NCBI GenBank assembly: GCA_012295275.1
Contig: CM022665.1
Coordinates: 37,200,001-37,264,000 of the forward strand
DNA from: Chrysomallon squamiferum
Taxonomy: Eukaryota > Animalia > Mollusca
Length of the DNA: 64,000 bases
Reading direction: 5' to 3'
Position 1 is the first letter of the stretch; every line of letters starts with the position of its first letter. Of this stretch, positions 1 to 14,800 are shown piece after piece. A program made the position numbers and the translations under genes. Below the pieces are notes generated by a model, which made no database searches, had not been told where the DNA came from, and saw nothing but the letters and a program-made list of their open reading frames with translations.

Positions 1-569
1 CATTATCTGCATAACTTACATACACTTTCTTTTTGTACTTTCATGCCCTCATCCCATCCATTTGCCACCAGTCTGCTATCCATCCATTGCTTTGTACATC
101 TATTATTCATTATTCCTTTCATTTTTGCATTCACTTTCCATCCATCCACCCATCCATCTGTCTCCTACTAATGATAGTCACATAATTTAAAACATTTAGG
201 TTAAGATATTTTGTTAATTAAAACTGGGCTCCAACTAAGTAACTGAGACAAACTTTGGTTCAGATGTATTGGTTATTTACCCATATTTAATATTTAAGAA
301 TAACTGGTTTAAATTTAAATAAAGAAAGAAAAGAAAAAAGAAAATAAAAGAAAAAAAAAACAAAAGGGTGGGCAAATATGGTTGATTGACATGTTTAAAG
401 ACAGGAAAAAAAAGCATATAGTCAGTTACAGTTTGGAAGCCTCTATAAATTAACCAAAAACAAGCAATGAGTAAAGTTGACCTGTACCACAGTCAAAAGA
501 AGACACATGTTCAACTCGTGATCCACATTCTGAAAACTGTTATGTCAAGGTATATTTTTTCAATAAACA

Positions 570-920
570 AACTGTATATGGACAAAAACACATGCGTAGA
601 CATGAACAATAGGTTTGAAACTGTTTAGTATGGAACAAACTAATAAAAACCTTTTTTTTTTTTTTAAAAAAGCCTAAAAATTAAGTTAACATATACTATA
701 CCAAAATAAAACAATTAAATAACAAATAAATAAAGACACATTCAGTTATAATGATCGTTGTCTGCAGTTTGTAGTAGACACTATTTCTAGAATTTGTTTA
801 TATTTTTTAACAAAAAAAGATTGTAATTGAGATTGACATGTATATGGACAAAAACAGATCCATGATCATAAACTGGAGTTTGAAATTTCAGTGTCTAGTA
901 TATAAAAAATAATAAAAACA
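570..920. repeat. Diverged direct duplication (about 85 bp, about 265 bp apart)
   Basis: tgtatatggacaaaaaca..gtttgaaa..tagtat..taataaaaac at about 573-650 and about 839-919. Confidence 0.65.
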
Positions 921-1384
921 AGGCCACTGTGGTTGACATGAGGACAAATCGAGACACATGCTCACACAAACCTGCAGAATATCTTACTGTCACACTGATC
1001 ATTTCATCAGCAAGATGAACCACTGAGATCTGAATTACTGCAGCTTTGTGGAGGATAACATGTGAGCAGATTGTCCTTTCTGTCCACCCATCTCACTAAA
1101 TAGCCGTGACACTTTGCCCTTGGTCAGTAGCATACTTACAGGAGCGTAAAACTCACTTTGTTCACAGATTAAAGGTGTCAGTGTGAGTTTTCGTCAGTTT
1201 GAAATGTGATAACATCTAAACAGAAATCCTTCAATTTACATGACATTCATACTGGAATTAGATTTGTTTTAATCCTTTCAGAACACTAAATAATATAAAA
1301 AAGGTATAGGTTATAACTGTTTAATGTCTGCTCAAAAATGATTTTTGTAGATATTAATATTTTAGTTTAGTGGGTGGGTTGTAG

Positions 1385-1600
1385 ATGAGAGTTCAGTGAG
1401 ATGTCCCAAGGCACAGTGGCTTGAGGGATCATTCCTCTCTGTGAGGTTATTTACAATTCAAAACATTAAACCAAGACTGGTTCATTATAGGCTGTGGTAT
1501 ATACTTTACTGTCTATGAGAAGGTGCATATGAAAACGTATCTTGTTGCTAATCATTAAATCTACACCTTTGAATGGCTGTTTTGGTTTTCTCTTTCACAT
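1385..1600 (+). mobile_element. Decayed SINE-like interspersed repeat (family A)
   Basis: Core ggctgtggtat..ctgtctatgagaaggtgcatatgaaaac..cttgttgctaatc is shared with other copies in the window. The SINE assignment rests on recalled gastropod repeats and is not verified. Confidence 0.55.
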
Positions 1601-4600
1601 AATAATTTTATAATACAAATTACATTAAAGAGTTGTAAAAAAGTTAAATTTTATTTTATGAACAGTAATTTTCCACAAATGAAACAAATTCTGAACAGTT
1701 AATCTCCTTACATCGGATTCAAATATAATAATTAATAATAATAAAGAATAATAAAGAAACTAACAGAATGAACAAATAAAATAAAATAAGACTGAACTAG
1801 TAATCCACTGATTTTAACAAATCACTGAATCACTGAACCTGTATTTTTTTGCTGTATAATTGTTGGTGTGGGAGGGAGCTATAAAACATTTTTATGTCAT
1901 TCTCCTCTGTGAAATCTGTTGAACAAATGTTTATGTAACAAGCAAATAGTGTAGGATTAACATTTTATAGTGACTACATGTAATAGAAAATGCAAATAAA
2001 CATTGACTGGAATGTTTACTGAGTCACACTAACCATATGTTGTGTTTGTTTTTCTGATTTCAGTGTAATATACACCTTATAAAATACGTATTAATATATG
2101 TACAAACACATACATGTAGTGATCTATATGAGTTTGCAACTCATAGTCAGTACTGAAACGGGAAAAATTTATATAAACATCAGTTATGTGTGTGCACTTA
2201 AGCACATGCACATGAATATAAACACAGAAAGACATAAAATATATATCTTGTAAATTTTTATAGAGGTAAAAGGTATGTAACCATTCTGTCAGGCACACAA
2301 GCATGTGTATATCTTGTGCCATATTATAGTTGGTAAAATATAGAAAGTTGTGACACAATATAAAACTATAGCACTATTAGTGTGCTGTGAAGTAAGCCTG
2401 TATAATGTATTGTGTACAGTATTATAAATAGTAAAAAATGTATCATAAAATTGTTGTGATGTACATTCTTCATAATTAATATAATATTATATTTAGTAAA
2501 ACATGTATGTAATTATATTGTGATGAAAGTTAAGTAACATCAGCTTCCAAATATTGTGACATAACAAGTTCAGTATTGCACATGTATGCCACAACAAGGA
2601 GTTAAGAATGTTTTAATGTGTATAATATCACTAGTTATATACTGTAATTTGTAAAACGTATGTTGGCATGAATGATATTCCAGCAGAACTTGTAAACTAC
2701 TATAAATGCTAAAACATTCAAACATATGTGTGTGTCTTTGCAGTGTAAATATGCATGTAAAAGTGTTGTTCCAGTTGCATATAATGTGCATTTCTTTATT
2801 ATAATAGCTAAAACATTATTATACACATAGGCTTATAACGACAACTGTAAATGGCATGTATACTGAGATAGATCAAATGTAATTAATAAAACATGTAGAA
2901 ATATTAGTAAAGATACAGGGATCTTTAATACAAGGGTTCAGAGCGGAATCTTGAATACATTTACAGGAAACATTTTGTTCATACCAGAGAATTATTTGAA
3001 CAGAAATGTTTGTTTTAATATTTTTAGGATATCTTTCTCATTTATTTAGGAATGTACCTTTATTTCTCTCTTTTTTTTAAATGTTTCACTGCTATCTGAA
3101 GTTTGTTATAAATAAAAATTTAACAACTTATTTTAATGACTATAAATATTAATATACAATTTTTTTTTCTTAATTATGAAATATAATTTTATTTAAAAAA
3201 CAATTAAATTATTAGATTAAGATTTTTATTGTGTTTTTTTAATTTTTTTATAGTACAAATATTAATCAAATATAAAGTCCTTTTTAAATTCTGTTTGTGT
3301 GTGTGTGTGTGTGTTATAAATTAAATTTATACGGTAAAAAGTAAAAATAAAAAGTATAATAATTTTACAATAGCATTTTATTATAAATATAAAATTTAAT
3401 TAAAAAAAAAAGAAAAAAAGTCTTGTGTGAATCTGTTACAAATTGACGTAAACAAAAACTCCACCCTAAATTAATGACTACAGTTAATGAGATTAACAGC
3501 TGTTGTTTTGCATGTTAGTCAGTATGTATACATTACAAAATATATTGTGCAGTTGTATAGATGGGTTAGTACATACTTTTCAGTTGCACAGGGTGGTGCA
3601 ATGAAATGTCACCAGTAAGGACAGAAGCTTGGGAGGGAGAGAGACTGAGAAAATGTGTGTTTTTATGTGCACAAGAAAGAAAGATTTTACAAAATCTAAT
3701 TATTATTATTTCTTTCTTTATAACAATAATCAAAAAAAAAAAAAATATATATATATAATAAAGAAAAGAAAAGGAAAAATGAAAATATTTGAGTTTTTTT
3801 CAAGGCAGATTTTTGCCAGTAATTGTTGATAAAATATATAGGCATATTGTTAACATAAATTTATTAGTACTTTTTTAGACTCAGTCTTCAGAATCTATTA
3901 AAAAATCTAAAAAAAAAAAATATCAAAAAATAAAAACAACAAACAAACAACATAAATTAAAACAAAAATATATCTTTAATAAAAAAATATATATGATGCA
4001 AGTTTAAGTGAGCTTAATCTTTAATACATTATTCTTTTTTTTTTTTTTTTTTAAATACACTTTGCCTCTGGTTTAATAGATGTTAATTGCTTACATAGCA
4101 CGAGGCAAAATTCTTTACTATCAGTATCATGTTCATCTCATTATTTCGTGTGTTTCATACCAAACACAGCATGCTTGTTTCTGTTCTATTATGCCCTGTA
4201 ACCCAATCTGTAATTTATTCCATTATTTAAAAAACTACTCCATTATGTTGTGATGTTCACAATATGTGTGGGTGTGTTGTCACAGCTTGTCACTGTCACA
4301 TACATATTTATATATCTAAGATTTAAAAAGAGTTAATTAAATTTATTATTATTATTATTTATTATTATTTGCATTCTTGTTCCCTGGTCATTTTGTTTTT
4401 TATTTCTAAAACAGTTTCAATAAAACAATTTTCATTCGATTTCATTGTATTATACACACACACACCATACACATACACATACATACATACATATATATGT
4501 ACATATATATTTGTTTATGTTTATAACTGAAAAGCTCTAAAATTTAAATCGGGTAACCAAGCAGCTGAAATCTGACCATCAGTGTAAAATTCTCTTTTTG

Positions 4601-6286
4601 TTTGTATTCATAATTAAAACACCGCATTTATCAATTAACCAAACACTGATAAATTTACTAATCAGTCTTTTCATCCATCTGTTGAACATTCCACTCCATA
4701 ATTCCTCACTCCATCACCGTATTTGTGATTTCATAGCTTTTTCTGTCATTTAGTTTTCTAAGTTACTTTAGTCTGTGAATGAATCTATATCTGAAAATAA
4801 TTAAAACATAATGTAATTTTTGTGACAGTTTATCACAGCTAATGTTTGGTACCTGAAATGTTACAGGTAACTTTTCTTATACATGCAATGCCACCAGTAA
4901 CTTTTGTTACGCAGAATGTCATGTGCAAATTTTGTTACACAGAGTTGTAATGTTGGTTAAACTGAATATTACAGGTAACTTCTGTTTTAGTGAAACAAAA
5001 ACAAAACATTAGTAATAATAGGGTAAATTACTGTCTCAGTTCACATTCTTGTCAACTGGACGTAGGACACTTTTGACCTAAGTGGATAATAAAACAGAGT
5101 TAATGTAAGTGGTATTTATTTATCACAGCCCATGAGCACATTTTACTGGGTATTGATGGCAACAAATCTATGTGAACAGGCATTTTGCCCATTAAGGTAT
5201 CAGGTTTTTTTGACATATTTATGTTTTCTGGGATGTGATGACCTTTTTAACACCATGATGACAAATGTCATGACCCTGTTTCACAGGAACATGGACATAA
5301 AACTGGATGTACTGGGATGAAATATCTCTTGACCATCTATATTAGCCATTTTTTCCTTTTTGTGTGTCTTTTTGTGTGGCATTTTATATCAGATGTTTCA
5401 GTATTAAAAACTGTTATATACAAACTGTTATTTGTATTCTTCTCAAAGTGGTTTGTTGTCTTGATAATATACAGAAATTAGTTCTTGTGCATCATTATTT
5501 GTTGACCAGTTTTTTTTTTATGTGTGGTAATACTGATATTCCAGTATAAAATTAATAATAATAATATTTGCAAAGAAAATAAAAACTGTATAACAGGATG
5601 ATTCTTCTACACATTCTTCAATTATCTCTTTCTTTTTAGTGTTATATTGCTTTTAAATATTAATGCTTAGACAGGTACATTATTTTTTTAATGTATAACT
5701 ACCTACATAAAAATCTACCTATATAAAAATCCCATCATTGTTATCTCAATTTACATAAAACCTTATCTAAAATAAAATCTTTTGAAATGCTAATAAAACT
5801 AAACAAAAACAAAGCATAAAAAAAAATGAACAAATAATAAAATAATAATAAAAAAAAAATCCAACCAGGAACAACCCCTTCCAAAACCCCTGGGCTTCAC
5901 TTTTTAATAACCAATTGTTTTTACTTCTTGGCAGATCTCTGCACAGTTTATTATATGCTTGATTATTTTCTGGGCTTTATCTGATTTTTTTTTTTAGTTG
6001 TTTTTTTTAGTTGTTGTTGTTCTGTTTTTGAATCACTAACAATGATGATAATTATTTTTCTTGCAGTGTGTTATTTACAGCAGCAGTTATATTTATGGAA
6101 TTGTTCACATTACAAAGTTATTTTGGTGTAGTAATTTTTTTTTTTTTTTTTTTTTTTTGGCTATCTGTTGTTTTGTATGAGCAAATGATAAGAGCAGGCA
6201 TATATTTGTAAATGAATGTATAAATGTATGTATGCATGTACTCTATGCATATTTAAATGTACATGTACATACATACATATGCCCTT

Positions 6287-6287
<1 letters not shown>

Positions 6288-6323
<36 letters not shown>
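6288..6323. repeat. (CA)n microsatellite
   Basis: Read directly. Confidence 0.95.
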
Positions 6324-6325
<2 letters not shown>

Positions 6326-6479
6326 ATGACTAAGTTAAAAATAACAGATGTTTCAGTATGGATATATGTATGTCTGTGTATATATATATACATATTTATT
6401 CACTTTCAGTCATGCATAAACTCTAAACCTGTCTGTTATTTGTTACAAATACACCACATTCCTGACCTTGCTAGTAGAA

Positions 6480-6950
6480 AGTGCTGCTTACACTATGGTA
6501 TTATATTACTGTCATATTACACTGCTATATTATATTAGTCATATTAAACTGTTATATTACACTGTCATATTATTGTCATATTACATTATTATATTATCAT
6601 CATTTTACACTGTTATATTACATTAGTCAAATTACACTGTTATATTACTGTCATATTGTCACATTATTGTCATACTACCCTGCTGTGTTATAACAGTATG
6701 ATTGTCAGATGCCTTTTTTATTGTATTATTATCATATTATACTGTCATATTATTATTATATTATACTGTCATATTATTATTATATTACCCTTTCATCTTG
6801 TATTGTCATATTATACTGTTGTATTATATGTCACTGACATATTACGCTATTCTTATATTATTGTCGTATCCATATTGTTATATTATAGTTACGTTACACT
6901 GTTGTATTATGTCACTGACATATTACACTGTTGTAATATATTATTGTAAT
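6480..6950. repeat. Degenerate AT-rich minisatellite (about 14-16 bp units)
   Basis: Repeated ttacactgttatatta / ttactgtcatatta units. Confidence 0.85.
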
Positions 6951-7076
6951 GAATCACAGGAAGAAAAACATCACTGAATGTCAAGGGTGGAAGTTAATGT
7001 ACATGACTGAACTGAAAACTATTATTACCACCTGTCAGTTATTTGAAGAAAAGAATTTTGGTACACCTCTATGAAG

Positions 7077-7458
7077 TACCTGTAATTGCATTAATTTTTA
7101 CCTGTTCATAATAGCTATGGGTTTTGACAGATAGATTTATTTATGTGGTTGGTTGTTTTTCTTTACAAAATTCTTACCCTTCCTTTTATAGGTGTATATA
7201 TATATAAAAAAAATATCTGTGTGGAATACTTGTAATTGCATTCATTTTTACCTGTTCATAATAGCTATAGACATTTAGCAATTAGATCTATTTATATGTT
7301 TCTTAAGTCCCAACCCTTCCTTTTCACTAGTATAGAACTAAATTTCAACACAGCATACCTGTAATTACATTCATTTTTATCTGTTCATAATATGTATGGG
7401 TATTTGGTAGTTACTAGATCTATTATGTTTTCTTCAGACCCTACCCTTCCTTTTCAGA
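7077..7458. repeat. Three tandem copies of a 130-150 bp unit
   Basis: tac(c/t)tgtaatt(g/a)catt(a/c)attttta(c/t)ctgttcataata at 7077, 7227 and 7356, each followed by tagat..acccttcctttt. Confidence 0.85.
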
Positions 7459-7523
7459 ACAGATAAAATATATGTACATCAAGACCAATGAACTGTTTTC
7501 TACTGAATCTAGTATTATCAAAA

Positions 7524-7558
<35 letters not shown>

Positions 7559-8747
7559 AGCCATATTTAAATGTAGACACTGTAATATTAAATGCAGCTC
7601 CATTAAGTTTAAGATAATTTAAAAAAATATTACATCCATTAGAGATGTTCTTTAAACCACTGAACTGGACATATGGGTCGTAAAACATAACTTTAGATTG
7701 CCAGTGTTATTAAGGCTGTGTATAAGAATGGATCCTTTCTACTGTTAATACTATTATGATAATACTTTTATTATTATTTATTTATTTATTCATTATTGTT
7801 GTTAGTGTTATTGTTGACTGTTGTTTTTGTTGTTGTTATCATTATTATTATTACCATTATAACAACAGTATAAGAATCCTTTTCACAAAATGAATCAAAT
7901 ATATCGGATTTGTACACATCTCCAAGAAACATTACTATTTTTCATATGTGAACCGCACACATGAACATTTCTGAATTTATTTTAAACCCACATTCTGCAC
8001 CAAATGTGATGCCAATTTGGTTTATTTTGATCAAAGTCGGTTTATTTTGATGTTTTGCTATTCTGTTTATCTTTTTCAACACTGCTAACTGTACACGTTG
8101 ACAATTTCAGGTTAATATATTACCTCTTCTGTTACATAACCTCAGCCTTTTTTATCTCTCTTTTTTTTTTTGGTATTAGAATTGTATTTATGGTGTGTGG
8201 TGAGGGTACTGCATGACATCTGTGGTATTTCATGAATTTCTGTGTACCAAAAGTAGCTAATTTTCACAATATCAGATCCTCTTCTTTTTTTTTTGTAATT
8301 GTATCTGCTGAAAGATCATCAAAGGGAGAAAAACAAGTTCCTGTTTATTATGTGGTTGGATAACAATGTGACCTTCATACATGCATACACACACACACTA
8401 TCTAGAATAATATAACAGATATATGGAACATACAGTTAAGCTTGTGTTACATTTCAGTTACTGCCATTGTGAACTAGTGAAGACCTTTTATTTTTCAGAA
8501 AAAAGGAACAAATCTTTTAATAAAGGCATTAACATTCAAACATTGAACTTGTTTTTTGAGGGTGTTTTGGGTGGTTTTTTTTTTCTTTTCATAATCTGCA
8601 GAAAATTCTAACAAACTGTTGGGCTTTCAAAACTAACAGAATATTTAATTCCACAAATGTTTAGTGTTTTATCATGGATAAAAATAAAAATAATCATTTA
8701 TAATTTCTTTCGTATTATACTAATATGCTTTTTCTTCTGTGTTTCAG

Positions 8748-8872
8748 ATGTATCTGTAAACCCAAAGATGAGTGTCCCCCTGTCTCCTGTCCTCCTGGCA
8801 CTCGGATACAGATGCTGTCCCAGGCTACAGACTTACCTGGTTCTTGCTGTGAAAAATTCCAGTGCATTAACG
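8748..8872 (+). CDS. CRIM1: CRIM1 exon (Cys-rich linker before VWC1); missed by the ORF track
   Basis: tttcag|A..G|gtaagt; encodes CICKPKDECPPVSCPPGTRIQMLSQATDLPGSCCEKFQCIN, similar to human CECLSGLCGFPVCEVGSTPRIVSRGDGTPGKCCDVFECVN. Confidence 0.9.
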
Positions 8873-11800
8873 GTAAGTGAAAGAAAAAATACACAGTAAC
8901 AACTTTGTTACACTTCATCAGACATTCCATCACAAGCTGCATGGAATGTACTTGCCTGTCTATGGAAAACTGTAGATAAAAGATATCTGATAATTAGCTA
9001 TTATAATAGCTGATAGAAATTGCCTCTGGAAATTAATTTTGCACACCATTACTAACCAAGCCCTTTTTCTGAGTTTTGATAGTTGATCTAAAGTTCTTGT
9101 CCATAATTGATGACATCAGACTCGGCTTTCCAGTGACTTGCTGGTATAACCTCAGATAATTAGCTTATGTAGTATCTTATCATTTCTTATGATGCTACTT
9201 CATTCGTATTATTCAGACAGGGAAGCACATACCATCATGCTTGGTAAACCATTATTAGCATATTATCTGGAACAGGAAGTAGTCTAACAGCAGGGGAGAT
9301 AACTGAGTGTATTTGTTTATCTAAACTCCTGCTGACAAATACATTAGTTTAACTAATCACATGTAGATAAATGACTTTGCTTAACCAATCAGCTGTAGTT
9401 AATTAGCTAGCTGATTGCATCTTGTAGCATGTCAAAAAACCATTAGTCTGTGAAACTGATTGGTGTCAACTGTATGCCTCATTCATTAGAATCATGATTA
9501 AACTGCTGTGTTGGTAAACAGTTTTGAACATACTGCTTCATTAGTAAGAAAGACATTATAAAAAAGAGAGAAGGGAAGTATAAGAAAGAGAAAGAAAGAG
9601 AAAGAAAGAGAAAGGGAAGGTGAAAGAAAGAAGAAGAGAGGGAGGGCGAAAGAGGTGGAGAGAGTAAAAAAAAAAAAAAGAGAGAGGGTGGGGGTTAAAT
9701 GAGTTATTCTCAACTGTATATTATTTTAATAATAAAAATTATTAGAATTAAAGAATTCTATTAAAAAAAAAAGAGGATTTTTTCTGTAAACAGTGAAATA
9801 ATTGATTTATAATGGTTCTTACTGGATTCTCATTTTCATCTTCCATAAACTGAAGAGAGTTACACTGAAAGTAATCTTTATAAAACAAGTTCTGTATAAA
9901 CAGCCAAATAATTACATTTTTCACTGACAACTTGTTTTTATTCTTCCTAATTAGAATAATTATGACCAACAAAAAAAAAAAAAAAAAAATAATAATAATA
10001 ATAATAATAAAGAAAAATTATTTAAACACTCAAATGATTGTTTTCAGTTGCACTGAAAGCAATATTTATAAAATAGTGGTCTATATAAAGAGCCAGATAA
10101 ATTTTTCTTATAAATTCTCCAGGATGTTTATTTCCATCGTTCATAATTTGGACAGTTACACCGAGAGTAATCTTTACAAACAGCCAAATGATTGTTTTAA
10201 AACAGTTCTCTCAGCAAGCACGCTGCTGCTAAATGAATTGATTTTTATCTCTTCAGGAAGCAGACATGTTAGGTATTTATTATCTGTTTTGTCAATTTAC
10301 ACATTTAATAATAGTTTATTTTTGGCACTCAGTAGATAAGCTTCTCTCTATATCAGCTGGGAGTAGAGTTAATGGGTATACGTTGCATTGGTTTATTACG
10401 TCTATATTGTTACCTGTGTGGGCAGATGAGCTTGAAACAAGTGACTTTAAATTAAAGATTCAGTTTCTAGGTTGAAATTCGTTATTTACTTTTGTTTGTT
10501 TGCTGAATAGATGGCTCATATAAATAAATCACCGTTAAGTGGGAAAACATACCACTTTGCTAAACATACCTTCTATTTTAGATGCCATAATTTAAAGTCA
10601 GAGCAAAGAGGTTTATCTGTTTGTATGTTTAAGCATACTTACTTTGATGTATTCAAGTCAGTGTGGGAGTTACAATACAGTTGGTATTATACCAGCAGTG
10701 TTGTACTGGGTACATAGATACAAAGTATTTGTATAGAAGGTCGTGCACAGACACATGTGTGGGTCCATTTATTGTGAGACCCCACCACCCCCATTTTATG
10801 AGCCCATGCTGCTGACACAGAGACCCATCTTATTGCATCCACTGTCTGACCCAGTGTCTGACCCAGCACGTCACCTTCATTTCATGAGCTAGCAGTAGCT
10901 TTACTTTTTACTTCTTTATAACAAAACTCAATGTGTTGAACATTTTGTTTTAATAAATTTGATAGAACCTACTTTTCTGAATCTAGATCTGCCCTGATTG
11001 TAGTGGAAATGCAGATACCCACATGGGTGCATGATCCACCCCATTTTATAAATCGGCAGATGATTTTTATTTTCTTTATAACAAAACTGATGTTATTTAA
11101 ATTATGTCCATTTTGAAGTCACCCCTCTATTCTGATATCTAGCTCTGCCCTGACTGTAGATAGGTACTTAGCCTTGCTGTACAGGTACATTTCGACATTT
11201 GATGTATTCAGGGTCATGTCTCTGGATGTTGTATTGGGTGTAATTTTATAAAGTTCTGGTGTATAGATTTATGTCATAAAATAAATTGCACGTCAGTCAG
11301 TGCTATGTTCTCGACATAGTAATGTGTCATTTTTTTAAATTTTTATCTGATGCCACTTTTATGTATTTTAATTTTGAATATCGGTGTTATGTTTTAGGCA
11401 TGTTTCCATGCATAACTTATGAGAGGGAAAATATAACTGATCATTTTGTGATACATATCCAAAAGATTATGGTATGTGATGCCCCACTAATGAATATTAC
11501 TGTATGAACTTATAAGTTGGTTCTGTAAATTTTGTAATTATTATTATTTTTGTAATTTCTGTTAGTATTAATAGTGAGCAATATTAATAATAATAGTAGC
11601 TGTAGTGAAATAAGAAGTAAACACTGTCACAGTAGTAGCAGTAGCAACAGTAGCAACAGTAGTAGTAAATGCTGAAGTAGTAGTAGTAGTAGTAGTTTAG
11701 TTGAAGTAGGAGCAGCAGCAATGGTTGGCTAATGCTGGTAGTAGTTATGGTAACAGTAGTAGTAGTTGTTGTTAATATTACCTATTATTATTGTTTTATT

Positions 11801-14800
11801 TTAGTTTAACTTCCATCACTGCTTTGTTCAATCAGTTATTTTTTACTCCAACAATTTCAATACAGCAAATTTATTAAAAACCATGGTATATGAATCCTTC
11901 TTTATAGGAAGGTGCATTCATTAAATCCCTGGCTGATAAATAATGGAATAATCTGTGATATGTAGCTGTAGTCTATTAGATTATTATCAAAGAAAACAAA
12001 AATGTATATGTTATGCATAATAGCCATCAGTATTTTAAAAATGATCTTATTAAACATTTATTTATTTAATCACTGTTTTATCTTTATGATTTCATTAGAA
12101 AATGTTAAATTATCTTTTACAAATTTATTTTTTTATTTAAAAAAATAAAATAAAATTCTTAAAAATTATTTAATATTATAGCTAAAGCATAAGTTGCGAT
12201 AACCCACAGTTTGCATCAATTAGTGAAAACAGTAAATGCTCTATGAGGGATAAATTTAAACTTCTTACAAGAAAAATGCAAACTGAAATTATTAGCCTTT
12301 TTCAGTTTTTTGTTTTTCTTTAATGGAACTGCCAGGGGTGTTTTGGCACCATAATGACGGTTTGAGATAAATTTAAACATGCAGAGATAAATTTAAACAT
12401 GTAGATAAATACAAGCAGAATATTGAGTGAATTATAGACCTGTTTAATGCAAAGACTGGTGCACTTGACAAAACATTTGCAATACAATACAGAATAAAGT
12501 GTTTGAAAACCAGTCTGGCTGGTATCAGTCAATCACCTATCAGATAACATGTATGATGAATTACTCTCCTGTCTTCTTTAACTCAGTCAAGTGGAGATTT
12601 CTTTTTTTTTATCTTGTGTTGAGATTAATGGATTATCCATTACACAATGATCTGCAGTGTATTGTGATTTCATGTTTACGCTGGTTTAAAGGAAGACACT
12701 GTTAGCCTTTTGTTAATGTATTTCGTAATCCCATTTCAGAATGACTGAATGAATATTTGTTTAATGACACCTCAACACAGATATATCATAATGGTTATTA
12801 AGTACCAATTGTGTGCTTCTGTAATGCTAGTCTTAGAAAAGAAACCAAATAAAAGATCCCTAGCTAGCAACTGGTAAAAGCAGTTCATTGCATGGCAGTT
12901 CATGTTTTCCTTTCTAAGACCCTTTAAATCATTAATAAACAAACCACTGATACTGATACATTTAGTTATTAGATACTGGTGTAATCTTATCTGTTTCTTT
13001 TTATTACTATTTATTTATTGTTATTTTTATTTTTATTTTTTTTTAAACAGGAAGTTAAAAAAGGTCATATGCATACAAAATCTAATTAACATAATGTGTT
13101 TGTGCACACAGTTGAAACTGGAAGATCCTGCAGTGATGTCTTGTGAAGATTTCAAATGACAACCCACTTGGATGTATTTTCTGACTAGTGTCAACAACAA
13201 TGCATGTATTATTATAAGTAAACTGCGGCTGAAAGGCAGTTATTGTGTGTGGGTTCTCTCTGTGGCCTTGGGCAGTGATGTGTGTGGTTGTGTGCATCAA
13301 GATAAATGTCAGCTAATTCTGTTTTCCATTCCACGGCAGATGTAACCAATGCACAGTCTTGTCTTTTCACAATTTTTCATAATCAGCAACATGCAGCTTT
13401 TGTTCACTCAGTCTCAGCTGTGAAGAATTACATCTGCAGTTTGAATTGGCAATGCACATCACAGTTTAATGGTTTTTAGTACATTTTTCTTCTTATCCCC
13501 ATGAACCATGCATTTATAATCAAATTGAAATGTTGCTCAGATTATAGAGAAGATGGGAAGCTTGCTTTTCACACATCCAGTTACTTATTGACATTAAGCA
13601 GAAACTTAGGACTGTATTAAATTGGTTAATGTTAATGGTAAAGTGCCTGTTTTTGACTGGTTTTATTTATAATTTTAAAAAAAAATTGTGTTCATTATCT
13701 TTTAAATGATCACATATAAACAAGTAACATTCAAAAGTTGGTGTAATACAAACTGTTCAGTATTAAAAAAAATTTATGATCTGAATTGTCTCAGTAAAAT
13801 AAATTTTAAGATTGTTTTCTTCAATGAATTAATCTACATAAAGGATAGCCTGTTTTGTATCAGCATTACATTTCGATTAAATCTGCATAATTCTTATTAA
13901 TTAAATCTCTCTTTTTTTTTCTTCAGTTAAATAATTTATTATTATCATCATCATCAACATCATTGTCATCAACTTAATCATCATTATTGTCATTTGTATT
14001 ATTCTGTGCCTGTCGTGAAATATTTACCTATTAAAATTTTGACAATCTGACTAGATAAAATAAAAATAAAAATAAAATAAATAAATAATAATAATAAACC
14101 TTTCTGACTGAACTGTTGTGCTGACATTATATAATTTATGCTTAGATATATATTTTTAAAGTTGGAGTGGGTCAGCTGTAATTCAGCAGAACAATGAAAC
14201 GGTGATGACAGCAGTTTGATTTTAACAACTGCTAGACAGACATTACTAGGTCACTATGTCAAATACAGTTCAGCTAAATTATTTTTTTATTTTAATTAAA
14301 AAAAAAAAAAAAATTATTATTTTAATTTAAAAAAAAAAATTTGTCTCCTGTTATGCAGAATGGAAACAAATGCAGATTTCACTTGATAATATTAATGTGT
14401 TTTTTTTTTTTTTTAAATCTAAAATGATATGAAATTAAAACTATGTGATACTGTTTGGTTGCTTTTTTATAATATGATTGACTGGATAATTTTTATTCAT
14501 ATTATTCATATTCATATTCATATTCATATTATTATTATTGTCGTTGTTAGTTTTGATTTCATGATTACCAGTATAAAGTCAGAGAATGGACATCAACTGT
14601 TGTCACTGCATGGGCTTTTGTTGCTTTGTGGTAAAAAAACCTTTCAAATGCAAGACAACAAATGTCTTCCATATACTGGAATTCTGTTTTTGCGGTCCAG
14701 GTTTAAGGCATGATGGGTTGGCTGCAGCATAAATATTTTTTGTGTTATTTTCCATTCCAACCAAGGGCTCGTCAATTAGTGATTGTCTTTTTTTACACCT

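Noticed and set aside
1169-1365. TTAA-flanked DNA transposon (TTAAAGG terminus)
   Set aside because: Only one plausible end; no matching inverted terminus found.
3587-3613. CAGGGTGGTGCAATGAAA as a Tc1/mariner end
   Set aside because: No flanking TA and no partner copy.
6257-6977. Overlapping Tyr/Ile/Cys/His-rich ORFs
   Set aside because: They are translations of a (CA)n tract and an AT-rich minisatellite.
1-8747. Upstream CRIM1 exons (signal peptide, IGFBP domain)
   Set aside because: No Cys-patterned frame with splice sites found; treated as intron.
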